A stretch of DNA of 42,383 bases, from the NCBI GenBank assembly GCA_000934665.2, contig JYFJ02000159.1:124001-166383 (forward strand), read 5' to 3'. The notes beneath the pieces are model-generated. The model saw only the letters and a program-made list of their open reading frames with translations, searched no databases and was not told the DNA's origin. Source of the DNA: Catajapyx aquilonaris (Eukaryota). Each line of letters opens with the position of its first letter. The stretch's first letter is position 1. Below are positions 11,363-23,800 of this stretch, one piece after another. Both the position numbers and the translations under genes were made by a program.

Positions 11363-12053
11363 AATTATAGACTGATATTATACAGTATTATACTGCACAG
11401 TACATTCAACCAAGGAATGGTATACCCTGTACGACCTTAAATAGTAGGCTATATACTGTAGCTGCAGTACAGTTCTACTTGGTTCTACTGATGCTTGCTT
11501 GATGCAGGATGCGTTTATACCTTGTGTCAAGTAGCAAGTTACGAGTACATTATTAATAAGGTGTCACCGACTACACAAATGTGACACTATGAAAGGCCTA
11601 TAGTAATGTAACACAAATCATAAAAGCATCCACAAGTTAGATTACCTTGTTGCCATTCCGCACTTCAGCGATTCAGTGATCCATTGTGACTGCTGTCCTC
11701 CCGAAATAATGCACGCATCAACAAAGAGAAAATAAGAGCGATGCAGGGATTAAACAAACCGGAATTTAAAAAAAATACCTGGATGTCTGCATGCAAGGGA
11801 GTGGTTGTGGGAGGGTTGGCAGTCACATTCTCGTACCTTGTGTACTTGCAACAGATCGCGTGCACATACTATATTAGCTGGGTTCTACCCCAGAGAGAGG
11901 AGCAGCCCTTCACTCGTCAGATCGGAGGCGGACACGACGCGGTGTTGTTGTTCATATACCACAGCACCGCACAGGCCTTGGTCTGGCCTAAATGGCCAGA
12001 ATTTGACAGCGTGTCGAGCACAGTACGTGTGTACAGAAGGGATTTCAGGTTCC

Positions 12054-15000
12054 ATGGACAATCCTGCATTTCACCTGAACTCGGAGGTTAGTCCTGTTGT
12101 TATTACACTGGCAAGTCAGATCCATTGTCAGCGAATGCGATTGCGTTTATTTCATAAGCGATACGACACAATGCAAAGTCTCAATACTGATATTGTTGCA
12201 TTCCTATATGGCCGTAGACTCGGTATTTAGTACCTTACAGAGTTACATTTCTGCTGAGATAGGATACAAAAATTATGTCACAACCCAAGGGAAATCACTC
12301 GGAAAGGAGATATACAACAATGGTGCTATGCTGATCAAGTCATCTCTTGCCCATTATTTTATGTCAAAAAAGCGGGATTGTGCTTACGAGTATTTCAATC
12401 CCTTGTACAGTTTCACTAAACAAAGTGCTTGCGTGATCAGCATGATCATTAGGTTGTAAAAAATATATATATACCCGTCACTATAATGCCCAAATTAGGT
12501 GCCACGCATAATGATAAACACGCCAGGTGTGATAGCCAGTTCATTTGTTGTTTCTGAAAGATTCATGAATGAAGCCTACTGCTAGTACTGCATAGGTTAA
12601 TTTGTAAGTCACTAAATCACAGAACATACCGCCATGAATTGATGAATAAATTAATAGAAGCCAGTGGCTGCCTCGTTGCGCAACAATGACAGTGCCCATT
12701 ACAATCGGCTGATCACGTGACAAATTGCATGGCATGTGAATGTTGCCTTCTCTTTGTGCACATCACTTTATTGATGTTAGTACAGATATATAAATACCAC
12801 GCTGAGCGATCAGCTGTTGCATAGTAAAAGGAGAGCAGTCAGAAGCATTGCGGACGTCCGTGTGCAAATAATGTAAGTGCCTCCTGCAAGTGTGTAACAA
12901 CCTTCACAGCACAGGTAAAAAAGGCAATATTCCATTATCCGTCCAGATATACGCCTGCAGATTACAAAGCACCACCTACTACTTTTGTAAGAATATATGA
13001 GTGTTCAACAAAGTAAATGGGGAATGTTTTCAGGGAGGTGATGGAGGAAACGCTATTGATGGTTCAGCTTCCAACCAGTGTCACGTGAATCCTAAAACTT
13101 CATTGGATGCGGAAGAAGGAAAAGAAGTGAAACAACAGGTGATAGGACTGCAATACTATGTGGACGACATACCACCATGGCCTCTCACATTTGTCCTCGG
13201 ATTTCAGGTACCATAGCACTCTTACATTTTATTGCAGGATATTTATGACTGTCCCTAAATCCGCGCCAATATCATAAAAGGCGTGACAGAAGTATTCAGT
13301 CGCTAATAAAATATTACCACAAAAATGCATGCGCTTCTAGCTGCGTCTTAAAATGTTTTGGCAAAATTTTTGACATTATGTCGATAGCATTTTCTGACCA
13401 TGGTGGGCAGCACTATAGCAACACCATTTGTGTTGGCCCCTGCCCTCTGCATGACCGAAGATGACCCCGCCAGAGGATATCTCCTCTGCTCCATCCTGTT
13501 CATCAGCGGGCTCATCACCGTTCTGCAAAGCACTGTTGGAGTCAGGTGACACAGTAATCCGCCACATACGATGCGTATATAACATTTCAGTTTCGCAGGT
13601 TACCCATAGTGCAGGGCGGAAGTTTCGCCTTTCTGATTCCAATCATGGCCATCCTCGCTCTGGAATGGAAGTGTCCGGACGATTTGAGCAAACTGGACGA
13701 AGCGGCCAGAGAAAAACTTTGGGTCGAGAGGACCCTAGAGATGCAAGGAGCTCTTGCAGTGGCCTCCGTGGTTCAGGTGCTGATGGGGGCATTCGGTAAG
13801 GTTAGAGCCCTCGAGACCTTGGGGTGCCAATAATATATGTTTCCTCGAATCCCAGGTGTGGTTGGTGCTATTTTGCGCTTTATTACACCTTTGACGGTAG
13901 CACCTGCTATCACAATGGTGGGACTCACTTTTTACCCCACACTCGGAACCATGATGGCTAAAAGTTGGACTATCTCGATTTCGTAAGATTCAACTTTTTG
14001 CTAATAAACATAACTAGTGTATTCTGAGAATTTTTTTCTCTCGACGTTGTAGGACATTGATCTTGGTGACATTGTCGTCGCAGTATCTACAGAATGTTGG
14101 AATCCCTTTGCCGAACTGCTCCGATGGACCCAAAAAGAGGCTTTATATCTTCAAGTTCTTTCCGGTATATACAGAAGTGTAAATAACGTAAAGGGCATTG
14201 CATTAAAGCTGATTTCTCTAGGTGCTGATAGCAATGTTGGCAATGTGGCTTCTGTGTGCACTGCTGACCGTCTTCGACGCTTTGCCATCCGACAGCCCAA
14301 TCAGGACTGACAGAACGTCGTCTCTCATCCATCAATCGCCTTGGTTCCGGATGCCTTACCCTGGTATTTTCAAACAATAGTGCTCAATGTCCAGAACTTG
14401 CTGAATTGTTTGATATGCATTGCAGGTCAGTGGGGTCTTCCTACCGTGAGCGCCAGTGCAGTCATCGGCGTCTGGGCTGGAACCATCGCTTGCACCGTCG
14501 AATCCGTTGGCGACTACTTTGCGTGTGCTCGAATTTCAGGTGAATTGCACACTCATAGTACATTCCTGAGAAACAATGCTTTTCTTAACCAATATGTTGC
14601 AATATTCAGGGTCTCCGACGCCACCTGTGCATGCCATAAACAGAGGCATAATGGTGGAAGGATTAGGCTGTATCCTGGCTGCTCTATGGGGAGGAATTAA
14701 CGGAACTACCAGTTACTGCGAAAACATCGGAACCATCAGCGTCACAAGAGTATGCTCAACATGTGGGTGGTAAATTATTGGGTATATTATTCTGTCCATT
14801 TTATGCCCACAGGTGGGAAGCAGGCGAGTTGTGCAAGTCGCGGGTCTGATCATGATGGTCATTGGAACCTTTAGTAAATTGGGAGCTCTGTTTGCGACCA
14901 TTCCAGAGGCGATTGTTGGAGGCATATTCTGCGCCACTTTTGGAGTTGTCATCACTGTAGGTCTGTCACACTGCAGCGTATAAGGCGCATTAAAATGCAG

Positions 15001-15879
15001 CTAAAGTAACTTTCGTAATTACAGGGATTTCCAACCTGCAATCAGTTGACTTGAATTCTTCGAGAAATCTGTTCGTCTTTGGGGTGTCGATCATGATCGG
15101 GCTAGTGGTTCCTAACTGGGCCAAAAAGAATTCAGAGGCGATAAAAACAGGATCAGCTGAATTTGACCACATTGTCACCATTCTGCTCAGCACTAGCATG
15201 CTGCTAGCTGGACTCGTCGGGTTTGTTCTGGACAACACTATTCCAGGTTCGTTCTTCATTATTCCTAAGCACTCCCTACAGGTATTCCCTTGAAAAGTTT
15301 TATTTCGTAATCTAACTGGTTTCACATATTGTGCATCTTTGCAGGAACCAATGAAGAAAGAGGACTCGCTCAATTTGCCCAACAGTCTGCAGATGACGAA
15401 GATGGCTCAGTGTACTCAAGTTACGACCTCCCATTCGGAATGAACTACATTAAAAGGTGACATAAACACTACAATACATAGATTCGTTACAAGCTAATAT
15501 TTTGAACGTCTGTTTTTAACAGTAAACTTATCCTCGACCACTTAGTCAAAAGTGACTCCAACCTTATATAGAAAGTAAAACAATTAAGACATCCTAAAAC
15601 ACTAATAAGCTACAGTATTTCCATAAAAATATGAAACGACAAGGGCGCGCTACAGATATCATATGCCTTTTTGTTATAAGGTCATGATTTTATTAAAGTG
15701 AAAACAAATGCCCTGTAAATGATGTTAGTTGATACATAATGATAACTTGTTGTCACTCTTGATTTTTTAGCCACAAGTGGATTCGCTACGTGCCCATCAT
15801 TCCTGGATATAAAGGCCTCGATTTGTGCGGAAGATTCCGGCGCTTAATTACTAAGAAGAATGAAAATGTGGTTTTCTAA
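12054..15879 (+). CDS. SLC23A-like: SLC23/NAT family transporter, copy 3 (13 coding exons, 595 aa)
   Basis: Exons 12054-12086 ([11 protein letters not shown]), 13034-13207, 13388-13545, 13599-13795, 13856-13982, 14053-14164, 14222-14363, 14426-14539, 14610-14749, 14813-14960, 15025-15246, 15345-15456, 15771-15879. All GT-AG; 1788 nt, open frame. Motifs [43 protein letters not shown]. Ends NVVF*. The first exon is assigned by similarity to the other copies and by phase. Confidence 0.93.
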
Positions 15880-16149
15880 TTTTAAAATTTTATAGGTTAT
15901 CCAGTACAAAAATCCTTGCCATCATTGTGAAAACTGTAATATTTTTGTAGGGCGGATTTTTGTTGCACTTTTGAATAATTATGAATGCAGAGGAAACTTC
16001 GTGGAGATGACCACAAGAACTTTAATTATTTAAAAACTGCCATATTTTTTTAACCTGGCAGAAAAAGGATGTAAGTTATGGGCACAATGAGTGCCACCGT
16101 TATACAATCAATGTAATCGCAATAAATCAGTTTCTAATTTTAAGAAGTG

Positions 16150-16400
16150 CAATTCCTTGGATCAGCTGTTGCGGTATAGGCTCCTTATATTCAACAATAC
16201 AAATCTTAAGTCTGGATAGCTAAATTTCATCCAGATGAAAGTACACAAGGTGGCCTGAGCATTATGAATTAGTGATCTCCAAGAATCAGCCTCAGATTCC
16301 AGACAATTTTCTCTGTAGATATGTAATCTTGCCAATATGTGTGAAGATTATTTTCTAGCTGTCCAAGAAGAAGAGATGGGCGGATTGATCTAGAAAATTA
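16150..16400 (-). mobile_element. Possible highly decayed LINE endonuclease fragment
   Basis: Minus-strand translation SIRPSLLLGQLENNLHTY...LILGDH*, followed in another frame by KEP. Loosely matches APE-type YRPP...LE...IILGDFN...EPTR. Weak. Confidence 0.25.
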
Positions 16401-17435
16401 TGTCACGTGCTTCTTGAACTTTGACTCGAATCGTCGAATGTCACTTGCTTAACATGTCGCTACTTGGCACCCTCCTCGCAGAGCCGAGTCTACACTGATT
16501 ACATTTTAATTCTTATAATTCGTGATTCAGAGGTGCGAATCAATGTGACAAAGTGACTGATAAGCTCTTGCTGATACGTATATCAAAATGTTGAGTTTTG
16601 TAGCCCATTTAATTATTAGCCTTAGCATAAAATGTGTATGTTTCTCTTTCGATTTCACCTCTGACAGTGAGTGACATAATGCATCGGAAGATATTATTCT
16701 ATCTTATATTATAATACACTGTGTACCCTATACTCTATCATGCAACATTACAGTCGTTAGCACAATCATGTATCCTGATCGGACATCCATGAGCAGAAGA
16801 AGTTCATTATGATATTCCGAATGTCGAGAATTGCAGTATGTCTCAGGCAAAAAAATGGAAGTAGGCCAATGACTTCAGCACATTATTGGGCCGGATTTCA
16901 CCTGGAAAGAAGAAAGTTACATGTTAAATCTTTAAGGACGTGATGGAGTATTGGATAAATTCAATGTGACACAGAAAAATGCATTTATGAAATGAACATA
17001 ATAAACCACAAATTTTGAACTAGGCACATCATGCTTCGGTAAGTAATGCTAACGGAACAGGCAAAGATTTAAAATGATACGACATAGTTACAAATTGACT
17101 ACATTAGCTTATTTGGTGGCTTCCTAACTGAGACAATAACAGTAATGTAGCGAATGTTGTGATGAATCGTTCCTGATATTTACTATCTGTCGCACATGGT
17201 ATTAGCCTGTTATCATGAGTGAGAAATGGACCTGCACGGAGGAGAAAGCAAATTCACAGTGAGGAAAAGACGACTCCCAGTGATAGGTGAAGGTTACCTA
17301 CTTTCATGACTCCTGTGAAGGAATAATGCTGCCTCATTCAACGGAGGCCTAAGACAGGGTCCGGTAGTGCAGCTGTTTTAAGATTACTCGCACCCGTTAC
17401 TTCCAGTACCGCGGTTACAATATAACATTTACTTT

Positions 17436-20400
17436 ATGGATAATCCTACCTTCCAGCTTTCTGTTCCTAAGGTCAGTGTTTTCTTCCTCTTAAGCGCATG
17501 CGTTTATTTTTAAGTTGCTGGGCAAAATATGTCGTTTACTATTAATTACTAATAGTAGGACTTTATAACTAAGGGGTGTTGCAAGATACAGCACAACGTT
17601 CAGCATCTGCTTGGCTTGACATAACGTTACAATGCATTGCACAATCCGTATCCTCGTGGAGGTCCCAGAGTTGACAGTACGTATAGAGGCTACACCATAT
17701 CAATGTAAATATATATGCACATAATAAAATATTATAATCATGTAGTATGACTGTCACTTTAGAGCACATATCCTTCAAAAAAAATATGTCCCTTATTTTT
17801 GATAATAATTGGTGTTGCAATTGCTGACCACAAATAAAACTGAAACTGAATAATAACATGAAGCAGGTGCTTCTCCAAGACTCACCAATATTGCTGGATA
17901 ACTGGAACCCTTCCTGAGTCTTTTGTCTGAGTAAATTCTGGCGAAGCAATATCACATGGCAGAGAATATCTCCAACCATTTCTCCAACCGACCCCCAATC
18001 AACAACACTTCTGACCCAGTTGACCCACGCGCGATAAATGTTTCCAACTACTGGCTGAAGAGTTAAAATTTAGTGTCCTGCACGAATGAATACTTTTCTG
18101 AGACGGGGATTGGCTTGTGGCATAATCTCAGGCCAAGAGAGGACTGCATGAATACAGTGAGCTTCTCAGTTGTGGCCAAGTCATGGAGATGCTGACAAAC
18201 TCTAAAAATCACGAATCACCATCCCCCGAAATTGTAACTGTGAGTATACATCTGCAATATAGGACGCGACATTGGATTTCATTAGCGAAACATGTGTAAA
18301 TTAGTAGGTGATTAAAATGGTACCAATTAATATTATGTAATTTTACCAGGTAATTTAGGTTATTTTGTGATTAAGAGCGATTTGATATTACCTGGCCAAG
18401 TAATTTATCACCTCTGAGAACAATTCATATTTGTAAAGTGTTCAATTATCATTACTTTAATGTATGATCAGCTGTTTTTATGTTACGTGAATAGAGGCAC
18501 TCGAAGCATCATGTGTGCAGTGTGCACACATAACATCTATGCAGTGCAGTGCTCAGATATGCATGTATGAGTTATCATTAACTCTATCTGAGTCGGAGGC
18601 TGTGCTAGATGATGGGGGCGTTATAATCACGGACGTCCTCATTTGAGGGCCGAACATCCAGATATTTCACTGCCATATTATGCAATAAGAATCTCATAAC
18701 GTCTCCTGATAGCAAAGAATAATCCTATAACTACTGCAACACTCGCAATGCTTGTGACAGCAGACTAAGTACCGTGTTATAGTAGCCGGTCCCATAATAA
18801 GTGGATTAATAAATACTGCAGACTACAGAGAGTGGCCCTTAGACCGAGCAAAGAAGTGTAACGCGGCATAAAGTGTCATTAACATACAGTGTCCCATCTG
18901 ACAGGTACTCAACAAGTTTGCATGGTTAAATGGTAGACGAATAAGTGCTACGTACTAATTCTGTATTTGACCTAAATTATGTGTCTATAGGAAGATGGAT
19001 TGGGAGACGGTGCGACGAGGGAGAAGCCATCAGACACGGTTGAAATAGCCGACCCTGAAGAAGAAAAACAGGAACAAAATGATTCTGGGATGCTTTACAG
19101 CATTGAAGACACACCTCCATGGCTCCTCAGCGCACTTCTTGGATTGCAGGTAATTTTAAACCACCTGTAACTCTGAATTTGTCTAAACAGCTGGTGCATT
19201 TTTGTAGCATTTCTTGACCATGGTTGGCGGAAGTATATCCGCACCATTCATCCTGGCCACGGCTCTGTGTATGTCTGCGGAAGACCCTGCCAGAGGTCAG
19301 CTCTTGTCGACAATTTTGTTCGTCAACGGCATGATCACAGTCTTTCAGAGCACACTCGGAGTAAGGTGTGTCCGGTGCACGACTTTCCTCTCACATAATT
19401 ATTGTTCAACCCGTCCTATTTCTGCAGGCTGCCCATCATTCAAGGAGGAACGTTCGCTCTGGTTATCCCAATTCTGGCCATTCTTTCCCAGCCAGAATGG
19501 CAGTGTCCAGTGGACCTGGAGGAGCTGGACGCAGAAAACAAGACGTTGATTTGGACATCTCGAGTTCAGGAGATCCAAGGCGCCCTGCTGGTGGCGTCTC
19601 TTCTGGAAATATCTCTTGGAGCTTTCGGTATGCTGCGATACATCTATGCCTATATTTTGAAAACTAATGCTGTCGTACTTTTTCAGGAATAGTAGGTGCT
19701 GCACTTCGTTTTATTACGCCACTGACGGTGGCTCCAGCAATCACAATGATCGGACTGGCACTGTTTCCGGTGGCTGGAAAGATGTTGGCTGAGAATTGGC
19801 CAATTTCAATCGCGTAATATATTACTAAATCCAATTATATAGCCTACCAGAGGGTGCAATGCCAAAGGTCCCAGTTCAAGAGGGTGATACGTGAATAATC
19901 TACATGGATTATTTACCCAAGTCAGCGATTGAAAAAGAAGAAGAAGAACAATCACGACATAACAATGTGTCATGTTTGTTGCTTCTCTTCAAACTGGCTA
20001 CGGCGGTTCGAGTAAACAATCATGGCTTCTGTGCCTATCCTGGAAACTTCGGCAATGAATGACCCTGTATTAAGCTGTACCGGTATCACATCAATTATTG
20101 ATTTAGTAATCTGCTGACTTTCGCAGGACCATGATCTTGGTGACTCTGCTCTCTCAGCATCTCCATGGAATATGGCTCCCGTGTCCATTCACCAGCAGAC
20201 GATTCCCAATCTTCAAGCTGTTTCCAGTGCTCTTGTCCATTATGATCATGTGGGGAGTGTGCGCCATACTGACGGTCACGGACGTCCTCCCACCAAACAC
20301 CTCTACAAGAACGGACCACAAATTGGCAATCCTCCATGGCACCCCCTGGTTCCGTGTTCCCTACCCTGGTATGGCCATCGGGACACCAAACGACCAGTTG

Positions 20401-23100
20401 TCACAATGTATTGTCCATTTTCAGGTCAATGGGGTGCTCCGTCGGTGAGTGTCGGTGCAGCTGTTGGGCTTATGGCAGGGCTATTGGCGTCTGCAATAGA
20501 GTCCATAGGGGACTACTACGCATGTGCACGTATTGCAGGTAGATTACATTTTCATGGCCTCCTATAGCTTACAGACATGAGATGTAACACAAACCTTGGC
20601 AATGAATTCATCGCTCACATTAATCACTTGTTCTATCGGGTAATTCAATTTTTTGTCATTACAACATTGCAACAATTACAGTAGAAGTAATGAATCAACC
20701 AAAATTACTATTTCTTTTCTAGTGTGATTTTTGAAGTGTAATTATCGCATATAGGGGCGCCTCCACCGCCGGTACACGCCATCAACAGAGGCATCTTCAC
20801 AGAAGGAATCGGATGCTTCATAGCAGCTCTGTTCGGCAGCATCAATGGAACCACCAGCTTCGGAGAGAACATAGGGGCCATCGGAGTTACCAAGGTCTGT
20901 GGACTTACCCAAAAATGTGATAAGATGTTTCGCGCAGATGGTGATGGTCCACGCTTTGCAGGTTGGTAGCCGAAGAGTGGTGCAGATCGCCGGAGTGGTG
21001 ATGATGGGCGCTGGTATGTTCAGCAAACTGGGTGCACTCTTCGTCACCATACCAGAGCCAGTCGTGGGAGGTGTCTTTTGCGTCATGTTTGGAATTGTAA
21101 CTGCTGTTGGTCAGTGTACTGCACATCTTCCGATTAACGTTACGAAACTCGATTCCATTTTCAACCATATATTAGTGTCACTTATTCACATTACAGACTA
21201 CGGGTGGAATTTTCATCCCATTGCTAGTTACTGCGAATAAGTTAGCAGTAGACCTACCTAGCAGTGGGATTAAAATTCACGAGCTTATCATACACCGTTG
21301 CCATAATGAAGCCTATTAAAATGACCATTTATATTGCAGGAATATCGAATCTTCAGTTCGTCGATCTTAATTCTTCTAGAAATATTTTTGTGTTTGGTCT
21401 TTCCGTTTTCCTTGGGCTGGTGAGTATAGATATGAGTTTGCATATTTTCATTCCTTTCCTTTCTTAGACATACTTACTCCTGCCTCTAAATACGTGTGTA
21501 TTTTATGCACACAAATAAGGCTTTATCGAAGTCAGTTATGCAGCGGTGCTCCTGAAAATACATTAAAATTAATTTTAAATCAACAATATATTTGATTGAA
21601 AATATTCACATTATTATTACCTATACCTACACTATTAATTTTCCAAAAACCGTAACAATTGGGTCAGAAGTGACAGCCATGAATAGAAAACTTTCACGCA
21701 ACGAAAGGTAGCCTACCCTATATTAAGTTTATCAAAAATAGCAAATGTGGTTCGACGAATTCGTTTTCATTTTAAAATTCAATACATACACTTATCAAGC
21801 TAAATCGGTATGACTCTATGTTGTAGCCATTGTGTTGCCGAGAATCAGATTCATGAACATGTGGCGAGTACTCTATGCGAGACTCTATGCTGGTCTATTC
21901 GTAACGCTTAACTGACTTCGCTGTAACTAGAAAATATCCAATAGGCTATATTATTACACCAGTTTAACCTGAAGGTACGCTATATGTTTTGTATTTGTTC
22001 ACGCTGCTGATGCGATATTTATTAGAGCAACCTACACACAATATAGGTCTACTATACTGTATAGTATAGTCTACGTTGCCTCTTAGCGTAAAGTAGGCTA
22101 AATCCATAAACAAATGAAGAAATCAGCGTCACGTTCAGGCATAAAAATAATCCCGCTGTTTTGTTTAGTTGGATATTATATAGCCTATCATACGGCTGTA
22201 TTTATATTATATTCAGGTATTTATATTGGATAGGCCTATTTCCAGTTACATTGTTGCCGTTGTCGAATGTTATTGCTTTGGTACCCATTTTTGGTAGCAG
22301 AAATTTAATGACAGCCAATATATTCTGGCATGAAATTTTTTTACCAAAAATCGCCCGAATCCATAACATTATCAATACTCTTAATGTGACTGGCAATGAC
22401 CCTATTAACATTCTGGCATTGTCTCAACTGTACTGCTTTCTATGAGGGCCAAATGGCATCACCTCTTTACCATTGTTATTGTAACTTGATCAGTACCGCA
22501 AAAACAACACAATAATGTTACACCATCTACATCTTTGCAAATCTGACTAAACGCATACAGGGGGCAACGAAACGGCTGTGAATATTATTTGCACGAGTAA
22601 ACCTTAATAAGCGCATGTGGTAAGTCACAAACACCTGTCCTCCTCAGACTATTCCACAATGGTTCAAGAGCAATCCTACAACTCTGAACACCGGCAGCCA
22701 GCACGTGGACCAAGTCATCTCAATCCTGCTCAACACCAGCATGTTCATCGCCGGATTTACCGGATTCCTTCTGGATAACACCATTCCAGGAACGGCCAAG
22801 GAACGAGGAATCATTGCCTGGCAAGAGCACGGTCAGGTCGACCAAACCGACCCCCTAAGTGAACCCGTCACTTGCTACGACCTCCCCTTTGGAATGAACT
22901 GCTTGAGAAGGTACAGCACATGTGCCTCACATATCCTGTGACAGAGGCAACACTTTCGACATCTAATCTAAATACCAATGCTCATTCACGTGTTTCCTTA
23001 CAGGCACAAGTGGACTAGGTGGATCCCCATATTGCCTGTTTTTACCGGATGGAAGGTGCGATCATCATGCAGACGCAAACGAAACTCTAGACCAGTTTAG
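17436..23100 (+). CDS. SLC23A-like: SLC23/NAT family transporter, copy 4 (12 coding exons, 587 aa)
   Basis: Exons 17436-17471 ([12 protein letters not shown]), 18991-19149, 19208-19365, 19428-19627, 19687-19813, 20127-20368, 20425-20538, 20755-20894, 20962-21109, 21340-21419, 22648-22910, 23004-23100. All GT-AG; 1764 nt, open frame. Motifs [70 protein letters not shown] at 23164. Confidence 0.94.
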
Positions 23101-23569
23101 GGCGTGTGAAAAAAGTAGTGTTGTAACGATGTGTATATAAAAACTCATGCTATATTTGTGCCAAATAAATACTCTAATAGTTGCCTATTTTAGACTCTGC
23201 ACTCATATAAGCAAGTACAGTACCTATCCCAGATATAGTAGTATTGAAGATTATTATAGAGATGTACTATATGGCGCCATTTGCTATATAGTAACTGGCT
23301 GATTTGTATCAGCCAATGTTATACCCCAAGTAAGGAGGCCTTCAAATATGACACGAATTTGTCAACTCAAGTCACCATAACTAGGATCAGGCGCCAAGAC
23401 ACTGAGCTTTATTCTCCTCCAATTGTCGCAATAAGAACCGCAAAACAACGATAGTCGGTCCAGAACCTCGCTCCCTCTGTCCACCGTGACACATATCAAT
23501 ATCCATTTCCCCCTGACAAACAATCTGTTTGCTCAAAGCTCTGGCCCGGCGTATCATTTATCCCACACT

Positions 23570-23800
23570 CGTGCTTCAAATCGAATCAGGTGACTTGATA
23601 GTCATGTAGAAAAGATAGAATAAATAGGGCCGGTTATAGGCGGAGACCAAGGTCGGAAAGGGTCGACACGTTCACCAAAATGTTGAGACACAATTCGGGG
23701 AAAGATTAACTGTAATGAATGCAACTAGTTTCCGGCAAATTATCTCGGTAGATACTCGGTAACGACCATTTGGGACCAGTTGGGTTGCTTTTTCCGTCTC
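23570..23800 (-). mobile_element. Possible decayed LINE ORF2 fragment (RT N-terminal region)
   Basis: The minus strand gives frameshifted remnants TGP(N)G...KLVAFITVNLS...RPFP...NRP...SIFS in the order of GPDG...L..IFN.SL...PIPK...NYRPISIL. Approximate and degenerate. Confidence 0.3.

Noticed and set aside
19850..19885. tRNA or tRNA-derived SINE (aaggtcccagttcaa, B-box-like)
   Set aside because: No cloverleaf, A box or tail; too short to call.
2498..23100. Array as an assembly artefact or as true vitamin C transporters (SVCT1/2 orthologs)
   Set aside because: The copies differ widely in exons, introns and intron positions, so they are not duplicated haplotypes. None has the SSSPN signature of SVCTs.
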